A stretch of DNA of 64,000 bases from Clostridia bacterium. Lineage in GTDB: Bacteria; Bacillota; Clostridia; Lachnospirales; JAOARL01. Position 1 is the first letter of the stretch. Each line of letters opens with the position of its first letter. The stretch lies in contig JAOARL010000008.1 in assembly GCA_025210555.1 (NCBI GenBank), positions 45,024 to 109,023 of the forward strand, given 5' to 3'. Below the pieces are notes generated by a model. The model saw nothing but the letters and a program-made list of their open reading frames with translations. It did no database searches and was not told where the DNA came from. Positions 1 to 8,914 of the stretch are shown here, in pieces. Both the position numbers and the translations under genes were made by a program.

Positions 1-228
1 TGCTCCTGTATCTCTTTTTCCATATATTCTAGCTGGAAGTACTTTCGTATTATTAAAAACAATACAATCTCCTTCTTCCATATATTCAATTATATCTTCA
101 AAACTTTTGTGTTCAACTTCACCAGTTACTTTATCAAGCGTTAATAATCTTGATTTAGATCTTTCCTTTAACGGAACTTGAGCTATTAGCTCTTCTGGTA
201 AGTGAAAATCAAATTCATTTAAATTCAT
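1..228 (-). CDS. queA: S-adenosylmethionine:tRNA ribosyltransferase-isomerase, N-terminal 76 codons (gene runs off the window start)
   Basis: Translation from ATG at 228-226 gives [76 protein letters not shown], the typical QueA N-terminus. Absent from the ORF track because it is truncated. Confidence 0.85.
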   Translation of the reverse strand, partial: MNLNEFDFHLPEELIAQVPLKERSKSRLLTLDKVTGEVEHKSFEDIIEYMEEGDCIVFNNTKVLPARIYGKRDTGA

Positions 229-239
229 TTTGTTCTCCT

Positions 240-1790
240 TTAATATTTCTTTAAAACTGTTCCAGTATAATAATGAGTTAATATCTCATCATATGTATAT
301 CCATTTTTGGCATATGCATTAGCTCCCATTTGACTCATACCAACACCATGCCCAAATCCATTACCTTCAATAACAATTTTATTCTTATCTTTATTATATA
401 CCTCTTGTTTTCTGCTTCCATCTTTTGATAATACGTATACTTCATCTTTTTTTACTTTTCCGCTTCCATTAGCTGAAAGTACAGTTATCTCTCCTATTTT
501 ATCAGCGCCAAATTTATTATCTGCTTGCATATAAAATGAATAATCTCCATTTTGAAGTTTTACATAAAATCTAGTACTTTTACATCTTCTTTTTCCTCTA
601 TCTGTATAATATACTGGAAAGAAACTTCTTATCCTATCTTTTGATACAGTCAGACTACCCTTACTACCATTTATATTTAAAGATGTTATTCTTCCATATC
701 TAGTATATGAAACCGGCTCTAAATTTTTGAAACTTCCTATATTCTTATCATACTTAGAGTCTGCCCTTGATGCTAATTGACTAGATGTGTATTCTCTTGT
801 CCAAACATCATCTTCTTCATATTCATCAACAACTCCAACTAAGTAAGGCTTTACACTCCCCCATACATTAGTTATATCTTCAGTATAACCACCACTGCTA
901 GCTGAATAATATGTTCTTATTACACTGTCTCCATATAATAAAAATTCATCTTCTGTTTCCTTAACTGCCCTATTACCTTTTTCAGTTTCATTAGTATATC
1001 CTTTATACGCTTGACAATGCTCTGAATCACATATGTGATATCCAGCTGATGCATGTTTACTATTTTGCACATTAAGTGCTGCATAATTTCTCGCTGCTAC
1101 TGCTTGCGCTTTAAGAGCCTCTATCTCATAATGACTCTCCATTTCTGAAGAAACTACTCCTTTTAAATACTCATCTAGATCAATATAGTTAATAGGAATT
1201 AATCCTGCACCATTGTATCTTTTAAGTATTAACTTACCTCTGTATGAATTCTTATCTAAATTTATTCTGTCTTCTGTTTCAAAAAAGACATCTTCAGTAG
1301 TATCAATCATAAGCTTAGTTTTTCCACTTACATAACAAGCAACTCTAACTGTATTAGGATTAATAACTTTATGAGAAGCGCTTTTATCTCTACTTCCTGC
1401 TAATTCTAATAAACTGTTAGCCTTGTCTTTAGTATCATATCCACCTACATAAACTTTCCATTTACCATTACCAACATAAGCTGGAATTCCAGTATTGTAT
1501 AATTCAACTTTTTTCATTACATCTTTAAATGAACTAAATGTATCATTTGTTCCTATGTAATAAAGTTTGCTTGGTACAAACTTAAAGTTTGAACTTGAAT
1601 CAAAATCCGCTATTTCTTTTTCATTCTTATCAAACATAACTAAATCATTATTTTTAACAACAATTTCATTTGTATCTGGATATTGACTTGTAAGTCCTAC
1701 CTTAATCTTATTTGGAGCATTAAATGCACTTACAGTTATTGCTGTAAAAATAATTAATGCCGATGTAACTATAAATACTTTATTATTCAT
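240..1790 (-). CDS. SpoIID/LytB-domain protein with N-terminal signal/anchor and SPOR-like segment
   Basis: 516-aa ORF with hydrophobic N-terminus. Motifs [34 protein letters not shown] and [18 protein letters not shown]. Start overlaps the stop of the upstream paralog. Confidence 0.8.
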   Translation of the reverse strand: MNNKVFIVTSALIIFTAITVSAFNAPNKIKVGLTSQYPDTNEIVVKNNDLVMFDKNEKEIADFDSSSNFKFVPSKLYYIGTNDTFSSFKDVMKKVELYNTGIPAYVGNGKWKVYVGGYDTKDKANSLLELAGSRDKSASHKVINPNTVRVACYVSGKTKLMIDTTEDVFFETEDRINLDKNSYRGKLILKRYNGAGLIPINYIDLDEYLKGVVSSEMESHYEIEALKAQAVAARNYAALNVQNSKHASAGYHICDSEHCQAYKGYTNETEKGNRAVKETEDEFLLYGDSVIRTYYSASSGGYTEDITNVWGSVKPYLVGVVDEYEEDDVWTREYTSSQLASRADSKYDKNIGSFKNLEPVSYTRYGRITSLNINGSKGSLTVSKDRIRSFFPVYYTDRGKRRCKSTRFYVKLQNGDYSFYMQADNKFGADKIGEITVLSANGSGKVKKDEVYVLSKDGSRKQEVYNKDKNKIVIEGNGFGHGVGMSQMGANAYAKNGYTYDEILTHYYTGTVLKKY

Positions 1791-3228
1791 CTATAGCCTC
1801 CCCTTTAACTATTGATCCTGTATAATAATGACTCAATATTTGTTTGTATGTATAATTTCTTTTTGCATATTCGTTGGCTCCCATTTGACTCATACCAACT
1901 CCATGACCATATCCTATACCTTCAATTATTAACCCATCTGTTCCACTTTCATAATCTATTTCTTTTATATTTTCATCTACTCCTAATATATAAACTTTTT
2001 TAAGCTTTTTATCATTTGAAAAAATATTAATATCTTCATATGGCCTATTGTTATTACTCATCCCTAATATATTGGCATATACCTTACCTTCAAATGATTT
2101 AATTCTATATTTATTACTTCTTAGTCCAAGAAAGTATCTACCATTAGCTTTTTTATACTCTTTTTTATTTATATATATACTAGCAACACTTCCACTATTA
2201 TAATAATCTTTTATTTCAATGCTTGATATTTCTTTGTCTGGATTTATGAGCCAAATCTCATCTTGCTCAAATTCATCTTCCACACTTCTTAGATAATCGA
2301 CCTCTTTACTCCATACATTTTCTGAGTCTTCTGTTGCCCCACCACTTCTTGCAAAGAAGTAAGTTTCAACTAAGTTATCACCATAATAAAGTAAGTCCCC
2401 TTCTGTTTCCATAACAGCTTCTGATGAATTTTTATGTTCTGTCATTACACCTTTATATACCTGACAGTGAACAGTGTCACAAAGATTATATCCTTCTTCT
2501 ATATGCTTACTCATATTTAAATATGTATAATTTCTAGCTGCCACAGCTTGAGCTTTTAGCGCTTCTTTTTCCCATAAAGCTGGCATTTCTGATGGCACAA
2601 CTGATTTTAAATAATTATTTATATCTATTCTATTTATTAAAATTAAATCATTATCATTTTTTCTAACAAAACCAAATTTGCCTCTATATTTATCTTCTAG
2701 AAATTCAAACTTGTAGTTTGAATCAAAGAAGAGATTGTCATCTCTACTGTCTATTATAAATTCTTCTCCATCACCAGACATTATACTTATTCTTCTATAA
2801 TTATTTCTTAAAACTTCATGATCCATATCTGGATTAATTTCATAAACTAAATCAAAATCTTCTCTTGCTTCTTTGTCACTACTATATTCTCCTATATATA
2901 CTTTCCATTCTTCATTACCAATATATACTGGCTTTGCATTCTTATAAAGATCCACCACTTCTTTAGCATCTTCATATGAATCAAATACTTTACTCACCAT
3001 TAGATAATATTTATTTGATACAACTGCATATATATCGCCTTCTACTTTGAAAACTCTTTCTCCACTCTCATATTCGACCTTAAACTCTTTTCCACTAATC
3101 TCAATAAAACCTTCATTTGAAAGTTTTGATTCAAGTCCAATGTTTAAATTTGTAAGATTTTCAGCACTAACAAAAAGCGATGTAAAAACACTTAATGATA
3201 ATACTAAAAAAAGAGTTCTAATACGCAT
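1783..3228 (-). CDS. SpoIID/LytB-domain protein, tandem paralog of 240..1790
   Basis: Motifs [34 protein letters not shown] and RSGGATED. I place the start at ATG 3228 (MRIRTLFLVLSL signal-like N-terminus, AGAGGTG RBS) rather than the track start 3246. Confidence 0.8.
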   Translation of the reverse strand: MRIRTLFLVLSLSVFTSLFVSAENLTNLNIGLESKLSNEGFIEISGKEFKVEYESGERVFKVEGDIYAVVSNKYYLMVSKVFDSYEDAKEVVDLYKNAKPVYIGNEEWKVYIGEYSSDKEAREDFDLVYEINPDMDHEVLRNNYRRISIMSGDGEEFIIDSRDDNLFFDSNYKFEFLEDKYRGKFGFVRKNDNDLILINRIDINNYLKSVVPSEMPALWEKEALKAQAVAARNYTYLNMSKHIEEGYNLCDTVHCQVYKGVMTEHKNSSEAVMETEGDLLYYGDNLVETYFFARSGGATEDSENVWSKEVDYLRSVEDEFEQDEIWLINPDKEISSIEIKDYYNSGSVASIYINKKEYKKANGRYFLGLRSNKYRIKSFEGKVYANILGMSNNNRPYEDINIFSNDKKLKKVYILGVDENIKEIDYESGTDGLIIEGIGYGHGVGMSQMGANEYAKRNYTYKQILSHYYTGSIVKGEAIDE

Positions 3229-3294
3229 AATATCACCTCTTAACATTATACATTAAAACTCCTTTATTTTCTATTACAAAAAGTTTAAAAAAAC

Positions 3295-4638
3295 TTATTT
3301 TGAATCTTTAATTTTCCAGTATCCTGTCTTATCCGAACCTTCTCTTTCGATAATATTATCTTCTTTCAACTTAGCTATATATCTTTTAGTTGTAGAAAGG
3401 CTATACCCTGTTTGCTCTGAAATTTCATTTGCAGTAATATTAGGGTTCTTTTTTAATTTATCTAATATATCTTCTTTCTTGTTTACAGTGTCATTTACAG
3501 TGTCATTTACAGTGTCATTTACAGTGTCATTTCTAACTCCTCTATTTATAGCTTCTTCGGAAAATTTAAAAACTACTCTTATAAAGTTCTCTGATATTTT
3601 ATATATAGATTTATCATATTCTTTAAGTATCCTTCCAATACCAGATCCTAAGTGTTCTACATATTCTAAATCTTTAAACACTCTCATAAGTTCTTTATTC
3701 CTTGGAGCAGATACACCCTCAAACATATCATTTTCAGACATCCCTGGAACTAACCCTCCTGCTGAAGTAATTTCAATTCTATCCGAAAAAATTTCAAATT
3801 TAGGTGGTATTTCATTAGTCCAATCATTGTGTATGATTGCGTTAATAACAGCTTCTCTAAGAGCCGTTTCTTCTACTAATTTTTTCTCAAATCTTCTTGC
3901 AGCACCTGTTACTTTCGCCATAGTTTTATTTTCAATATCTAATTTATCTAACACTTTCTCTGTGGCCTTTAACAAACAACAATACCCGTACTCATAATTT
4001 TCTATAAGATCAACTCTATCTTCTCCGCTATATTTAGCAACTTTTATAGATGCACCATTTTCATCAGCTAACAAATATGCAGAATAATTATATTTACCTT
4101 CTTCTGTCTTAAGTGCAAGACTATCTAAAAACCTATCATTAACATCATATCCTGCACTATCATAATATATTCTTAATTGCCTAAAAGTCAGGTCTTGCTT
4201 ATTAGATTCTATTTTTCTTAGTGAATTTCTAACTCTTTTTGAATATAAACGATCTATTTCATTAACAGTTAATGGTTCTGTTGCACTTCCTACTCTTAAA
4301 TAACAACCTTTAGGAGTCATCCCAACTTTTTTTATATAATAAGGCTTGTCTGGACCACTAGCAATTATTACCTTAATAATCTGCTTCCCATCTATGTTTT
4401 CAAGCTCTATATCAAACAAGCCCAAAGTTGCTGGTAGTATATTATTTTTAATTCTTTCAGATATTTTAAGCTGAAGTTTATCAGCATCTTCTACACCTGT
4501 TATTATACCAGCATCTTCTACTCCGATATATATCTTTCCACCTTCTTTATAATTAAAAAAACCTACTACTTCCTTTTCAAATTTATCATTAAGTTCCCTC
4601 TTATATTCAACTCTATTACTCTCTGGTTCTAAACTCAT
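3295..4638 (-). CDS. AlbA_2/Schlafen-like putative DNA-binding domain + ATPase-like domain + C-terminal winged-helix protein
   Basis: N-terminus ESNRVEYKRELNDKFEKEVVGFFNYKEGGKIYIGVED is typical of the AlbA_2 domain. C-terminal wHTH-like ITANEISEQTGYSLSTTKRYIAKLKEDNII. Paralog of 39795..41132. Confidence 0.7.
   Translation of the reverse strand: MSLEPESNRVEYKRELNDKFEKEVVGFFNYKEGGKIYIGVEDAGIITGVEDADKLQLKISERIKNNILPATLGLFDIELENIDGKQIIKVIIASGPDKPYYIKKVGMTPKGCYLRVGSATEPLTVNEIDRLYSKRVRNSLRKIESNKQDLTFRQLRIYYDSAGYDVNDRFLDSLALKTEEGKYNYSAYLLADENGASIKVAKYSGEDRVDLIENYEYGYCCLLKATEKVLDKLDIENKTMAKVTGAARRFEKKLVEETALREAVINAIIHNDWTNEIPPKFEIFSDRIEITSAGGLVPGMSENDMFEGVSAPRNKELMRVFKDLEYVEHLGSGIGRILKEYDKSIYKISENFIRVVFKFSEEAINRGVRNDTVNDTVNDTVNDTVNKKEDILDKLKKNPNITANEISEQTGYSLSTTKRYIAKLKEDNIIEREGSDKTGYWKIKDSK
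3482..3529 (-). repeat. Perfect 12-bp tandem repeat x4 inside the CDS, encoding (VNDT)4
   Basis: tttacagtgtca repeated four times head-to-tail. In frame, in the linker before the wHTH. Confidence 0.95.
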
Positions 4639-4687
4639 AATCTCACCACCTTATTACTATTAATTATAACACTATTTTATTTAGTAA

Positions 4688-5584
4688 TCACAACTCTTTA
4701 GACGAAAGAAACTCTTTCCCATCTATATAGTCAAACATAGTATCTTTTGTATTAAACATCAGCCTATATGCATGAAGAATTTGACCCTTCTTAACTTTAA
4801 CTTTACTTCCATATTTAGCATCCCCTAATATCGGATGTCCTATCGATGAAAGATGAACTCTTATTTGATGACTTCTACCTGTTATTAAGTTTATCTCAAG
4901 CATAGTATTTCCATTTTTTACACTTAAAGGTTTTACAATGGTTTTTATATATTTACCTTCATCTGATATTTTAGAAGTATTACTTTTCTCATCTTTCTCA
5001 ATACTACCTTCTAACGTTAATTCTTTTTCAATAACACCTTCAACTACAGTCTTATAATACTTTTCAATTTTCTTTTCTTTAATTAATTCATTTAACACAC
5101 TTAATGATTTTAAATTCTTACCTACTATAACCAAACCTGATGTGTTTCTATCCAGTCTATTAGCAGTAGCTGGCTTAAACATATCATCCGCTTTAACCCC
5201 TAAGTAAGTATATATACTATCTATTAATGTACCATCTACATTATCAATATCAGGATGCATAAGTACTCCTGCTGGCTTATCAACTATTAAAATATTTTCA
5301 TCTTCATATACTACTTCAAATAGCATTTCAGTTTCTTTTATTTCTTCTTTAACACCTCTAAATTTATTATAGGTTTCATCTGAAAAGTAAAAAGTTATCT
5401 CATCTCCTGAAACTAACGTTTCCTTACCTTCTATTCTTCCACCATTTAGTTTTATTCTTTTTTTACGAATCATTTTATATAAAAAAGTTCTACCTGCTTC
5501 AGGTAGTATTTTAAATAAAAACTTTTCTATTTTTTGTCCTTCACTATTTTTATCTATTGTTATTTTAATCATATATTCCTCCAT
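4688..5584 (-). CDS. RluA-family 23S rRNA/tRNA pseudouridine synthase with N-terminal S4-like domain
   Basis: 298 aa. Motifs NRLDRNTSGLVIVGKN and GRSHQIRVHLSSIGHPILGD. Confidence 0.85.
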   Translation of the reverse strand: MEEYMIKITIDKNSEGQKIEKFLFKILPEAGRTFLYKMIRKKRIKLNGGRIEGKETLVSGDEITFYFSDETYNKFRGVKEEIKETEMLFEVVYEDENILIVDKPAGVLMHPDIDNVDGTLIDSIYTYLGVKADDMFKPATANRLDRNTSGLVIVGKNLKSLSVLNELIKEKKIEKYYKTVVEGVIEKELTLEGSIEKDEKSNTSKISDEGKYIKTIVKPLSVKNGNTMLEINLITGRSHQIRVHLSSIGHPILGDAKYGSKVKVKKGQILHAYRLMFNTKDTMFDYIDGKEFLSSKEL

Positions 5585-5585
5585 T

Positions 5586-5620
5586 TAAAAACTCTTACAT
5601 GCATTTTAACATGTAAGAGC
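5586..5620 (-). terminator. Rho-independent terminator after the Tmk-like gene
   Basis: 10-bp stem ctcttacatg/catgtaagag with an 8-nt loop, followed by TTTTT on the minus strand. Confidence 0.7.
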
Positions 5621-5673
5621 TTTTATAACAATTCATTTTATTTTTAAAGTTTAGACTTGTAACACTCAAAGCA

Positions 5674-6828
5674 CTATCTATTAACCCTAGCTTTTTCTTT
5701 ATAAACCTCATTTGTATATTCTTTTAAAAGTTCTTCAAAACTCTTGTCAGTTTCTGCACTTTCTAGGAACATATCTTCAAAAGTTGGTGATTTTTCACCT
5801 CTTCTAAACATCTTACTATCTGTTTTTATATAGCCATTTTCATCTTTACTAAATGCTATGCATTCTATATTTTCAAGATTAACAAACTGATACACTTCAC
5901 CACTTGAATTTTCAATCATATAATCACACATGTCTTCATGACAATCAAATATATCAACTGTGAAATCATATTTTCCTTCAGCTTTAATCACTTCAACTTT
6001 TATAACTTTATTTTTTTCTTCAAGTATGTTTATAATTTCATAGTTTCCATCTTTATTTTTGATTATTATATTCTTGTTCTTATCAATTCGTGTATGCTTC
6101 TTTTTACTGTATGTAACCATCTCATACATATTCTTTGAGTTCTTACTTTCATCAATACACTCATCTACTATATCTTTAATTTCTTCTCCTATGCTCTCAA
6201 TAGTTCTTAATCTAAATTTATTATCACATTTAATTATGTTCCAATCATATTTGTCTGCTACAAAGTAGGCATTATCAAAAGCTCTTTCTAAATGCTCTAT
6301 ACTTCTTTCATGTATATCTTTACGTCTACTTCCTGTGAATTCATTTCTTCTTTCTTTCATAAGAATTTTTGTTGTTTCTGGTTTTACAGACAAGAATATA
6401 ACCTTATCCGGTCTTGGAAGTCCTAAAAAATCATATTCAAAGTGTGCTATCCAATCAATCATCTCGTTTTTGTTAGCTACTCCATTTATCTTTGAAACTT
6501 GATGGACCATATTTGCAGTTGTGTACCTATCAAGAATTATAATGGCATCACCTGCTTTATATAAATTCTCAATATGCTTCTTATAACTTCTGTATCTATC
6601 AATACCATAAAAAACAGAAACATTTTTCCCATCAATATCATTAGCTTTTTTACCAAATACTCCTTCTAAATATAATTTAGTAAGAAAACTAGATTCACTT
6701 GTGTATTCTGGATAACTAAGAAGTAAGGCTCTTTTACCTTCTTTTTCAAACTTCATCTTTAGTAATTTAGATTGAGTTGCCTTACCGCTTCCATCAGTTC
6801 CTTCTATAACCACTACAATAGATTTCAT
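5674..6828 (-). CDS. Thymidylate-kinase-like domain (about aa 1-215) fused to an uncharacterised ~170-aa C-terminal domain
   Basis: P-loop IEGTDGSGKATQ and the DRY motif (ILDRYTTAN). The C-terminal half has no motif I recognise. Confidence 0.7.
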   Translation of the reverse strand: MKSIVVVIEGTDGSGKATQSKLLKMKFEKEGKRALLLSYPEYTSESSFLTKLYLEGVFGKKANDIDGKNVSVFYGIDRYRSYKKHIENLYKAGDAIIILDRYTTANMVHQVSKINGVANKNEMIDWIAHFEYDFLGLPRPDKVIFLSVKPETTKILMKERRNEFTGSRRKDIHERSIEHLERAFDNAYFVADKYDWNIIKCDNKFRLRTIESIGEEIKDIVDECIDESKNSKNMYEMVTYSKKKHTRIDKNKNIIIKNKDGNYEIINILEEKNKVIKVEVIKAEGKYDFTVDIFDCHEDMCDYMIENSSGEVYQFVNLENIECIAFSKDENGYIKTDSKMFRRGEKSPTFEDMFLESAETDKSFEELLKEYTNEVYKEKARVNR

Positions 6829-6923
6829 ATAATCCCTCCGATAAACTTCATACTAAAATTCTATCATACTGCCAAATAAAAAAATACTAATTTTGAAATC
6901 TAATCTCAAAAAAAGTATTTTTA

Positions 6924-7496
6924 TTAAATATAGTCAAGAATGTCATCTTCAAATTCTATACTAGTTAAATTCCCACCCTCATCTTTACTTGCTATAAATC
7001 TTTCATTATCACTATTTTTTTCACCACTATTTATGATACTACCTTCAAGGTTCCCATTTTTATCACAGGAAACTACTTGAGCTATACCATCAAATGATAC
7101 AGGATTCAATAATGTAAATCCACCTGTTGGATTAAGTTCTTTTGCACTTAACATCTCTCTTACTAACAACTGTTTAAACACTATATTTTTAGATGCCGCT
7201 TCATCAAATTCCCTTTCATATTTTTCAATTTCATCCTTTGTTTCTTCAACACTATATAATAATGCAAATGAAATACCACTTGTAGCTATAGCTACAGACG
7301 AAAGAGTTATATTTCCAGTAGCTGCACCTGCTATTGCTCCACAAAAGCATCCAATGCTTAGTCCTCTGCTAGTATTTATATTCTTTTTCTTTTTAACTTC
7401 AGCAACATTCCTAGAGTTATTAATATTATTAAGCTTTTCTATATTATTGGCTAACTTTTCACCAATTCTATTTATTCTATTCCAAGTTTTTTTCAC
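6924..7496 (-). CDS. Glycine-zipper membrane protein, paralog family member G3
   Basis: GTG start with AAGGATGG RBS. Coiled-coil N-terminus, Gly/Ala-rich hydrophobic hairpin GLSIGCFCGAIAGAATGNITLSSVAIATSGISFALL, then NPTGGFTLLNPVSFD. Confidence 0.6.
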   Translation of the reverse strand: MKKTWNRINRIGEKLANNIEKLNNINNSRNVAEVKKKKNINTSRGLSIGCFCGAIAGAATGNITLSSVAIATSGISFALLYSVEETKDEIEKYEREFDEAASKNIVFKQLLVREMLSAKELNPTGGFTLLNPVSFDGIAQVVSCDKNGNLEGSIINSGEKNSDNERFIASKDEGGNLTSIEFEDDILDYI

Positions 7497-7570
7497 AAAA
7501 CACCATCCTTACAATTTATAACTATATTATCATAACCAACTTATATTATTAAGTATTATTATTTATTATA

Positions 7571-8110
7571 TTAAGGCAATTCTTCTTCAAAGGTAAAATC
7601 ATTTTCTTCATATTTAAATGCAATACCTGAATCTGTTATACCTTTCATATATGCTGCTTTTCCTTCTTCATCATTTTCAACATAGTATATGCTACCCAAC
7701 TCTTCAAACTTTAAAAAATCATATAGCGTAGCTGGACCTGTTGGAAGCTCTTCTTCCTTTTCAATGCTTGCTTTTATATAATCTGCTTCAAAATTTTTCA
7801 ACATCTCTCCTGATTCTTCTGCTTTTGTTCTCAGTGTGGGCCTTCCGTTTTCACTTACAAGCTTACCTACATAAGCTCCAAGTCCATTTAATGTTAATAT
7901 TGTTGAAATTCCACATATAAGAGTTGATCCAAAAAAAGTCCCTGCACCAAAAGAAACTATACCAGCTTTAAGGAAATTCATAGCAATTTTATCAAATAGT
8001 TCAATTCCTTCATCCCTCTTATTAAGTGCTTCTTTATCTCTATTATTTATATTCTTTGCTGCTCTATATTTATTTTTTGAAACTCTGTACTCACTCTTCT
8101 CAACTAGCAT
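7571..8110 (-). CDS. Glycine-zipper membrane protein, paralog family member G2
   Basis: Same architecture (GIVSFGAGTFFGSTLICGISTILTLNGLGAYVG, then LPTGPATLYDFLKFE). Its ATG overlaps the TAG of the upstream gene (ACATGCTAG). Confidence 0.6.
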   Translation of the reverse strand: MLVEKSEYRVSKNKYRAAKNINNRDKEALNKRDEGIELFDKIAMNFLKAGIVSFGAGTFFGSTLICGISTILTLNGLGAYVGKLVSENGRPTLRTKAEESGEMLKNFEADYIKASIEKEEELPTGPATLYDFLKFEELGSIYYVENDEEGKAAYMKGITDSGIAFKYEENDFTFEEELP

Positions 8111-8778
8111 GTTAATTCATTCGCTTCATCTACTAACTCAAATCCATTTTTTGCAAAACCAAGATCATATAATCGCCCTTTATCTTCACCTTCTGAAGAT
8201 TTTACTGCTTCAAATCCAGGTTCATAGTAGCCATCATACCACACCAATCCTTCTATTGAGTTTTCTCCATCTTTTTCCCTCACATCATGTATCACTCCAA
8301 CTTTGTCAAACGTAATTGGATTTAAAAGAGTCATCCCACCAGTTGGACTAAACTCTGGATTTTTGAGTGCAGAACGCATTAAACTCTGTAAACTTAATGC
8401 ATGGTTAGCAGTTTCTTTGTTAAGCAAGTCAATCTCTTGATCATGTTCTTTTTCTAATTTGCTTTTCGCTAAATTTGTCTTAATTGTCTTAGCACCATTC
8501 ACTGCTGCTAAACCTAATACACCTATTGACGCTAATGACAATCCTAATCCTCCTGTTAGTAGACCTGCTCCCGCAGCTAAGCCACCAACTAAAGCAGTTC
8601 CCACTGTAGATCTTGTAAGCTTTCTACCTTTTTCTTTTAATTTCTCTATATTTTCACTTAATTTTTTTGCATTGTTAAGATTTTTTTCCATATTTTCTTT
8701 ATGCATACCCATTTTAGTTGCAAATATTATATTTTCTTCATACACACCCATTTTAGTTGAAGTTCTTGTATTTTCCAT
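8104..8778 (-). CDS. Glycine-zipper membrane protein, paralog family member G1
   Basis: Start moved to ATG 8778 (GGGAGG RBS 7 nt upstream). Hydrophobic segment VGTALVGGLAAGAGLLTGGLGLSLASIGVLGLAAVNGA, then SPTGGMTLLNPITFD. Confidence 0.65.
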   Translation of the reverse strand: MENTRTSTKMGVYEENIIFATKMGMHKENMEKNLNNAKKLSENIEKLKEKGRKLTRSTVGTALVGGLAAGAGLLTGGLGLSLASIGVLGLAAVNGAKTIKTNLAKSKLEKEHDQEIDLLNKETANHALSLQSLMRSALKNPEFSPTGGMTLLNPITFDKVGVIHDVREKDGENSIEGLVWYDGYYEPGFEAVKSSEGEDKGRLYDLGFAKNGFELVDEANELTC

Positions 8779-8814
8779 ATTATCGCCTCCCACTTTTTTC
8801 AAAACACTAATAAC

Positions 8815-8854
8815 ATTGTACCAATCTCAATTGCAATTGTCAAGAATTTTCAGA
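8815..8854 (-). promoter_or_regulatory. Sigma-A-type promoter TTGACA-17-TACAAT with upstream TCTGAAAATT element
   Basis: -10 at 8815-8820 and -35 at 8838-8843. TCTGAAAATT at 8845-8854, one nt upstream of the -35. AAAAAGCCAA at 8866-8875. Confidence 0.6.
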
Positions 8855-8884
8855 CAATTTGCTTTTTGGCTTTTTCTCATAAAA

Positions 8885-8908
8885 ATAGCGGATATTTTAT
8901 ATCCGCTA
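8885..8908 (-). terminator. Rho-independent terminator after the acidic-protein gene
   Basis: tagcggata/tatccgcta stem followed by TTTTTAT on the minus strand. Confidence 0.7.
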
Positions 8909-8914
8909 CTTTCT

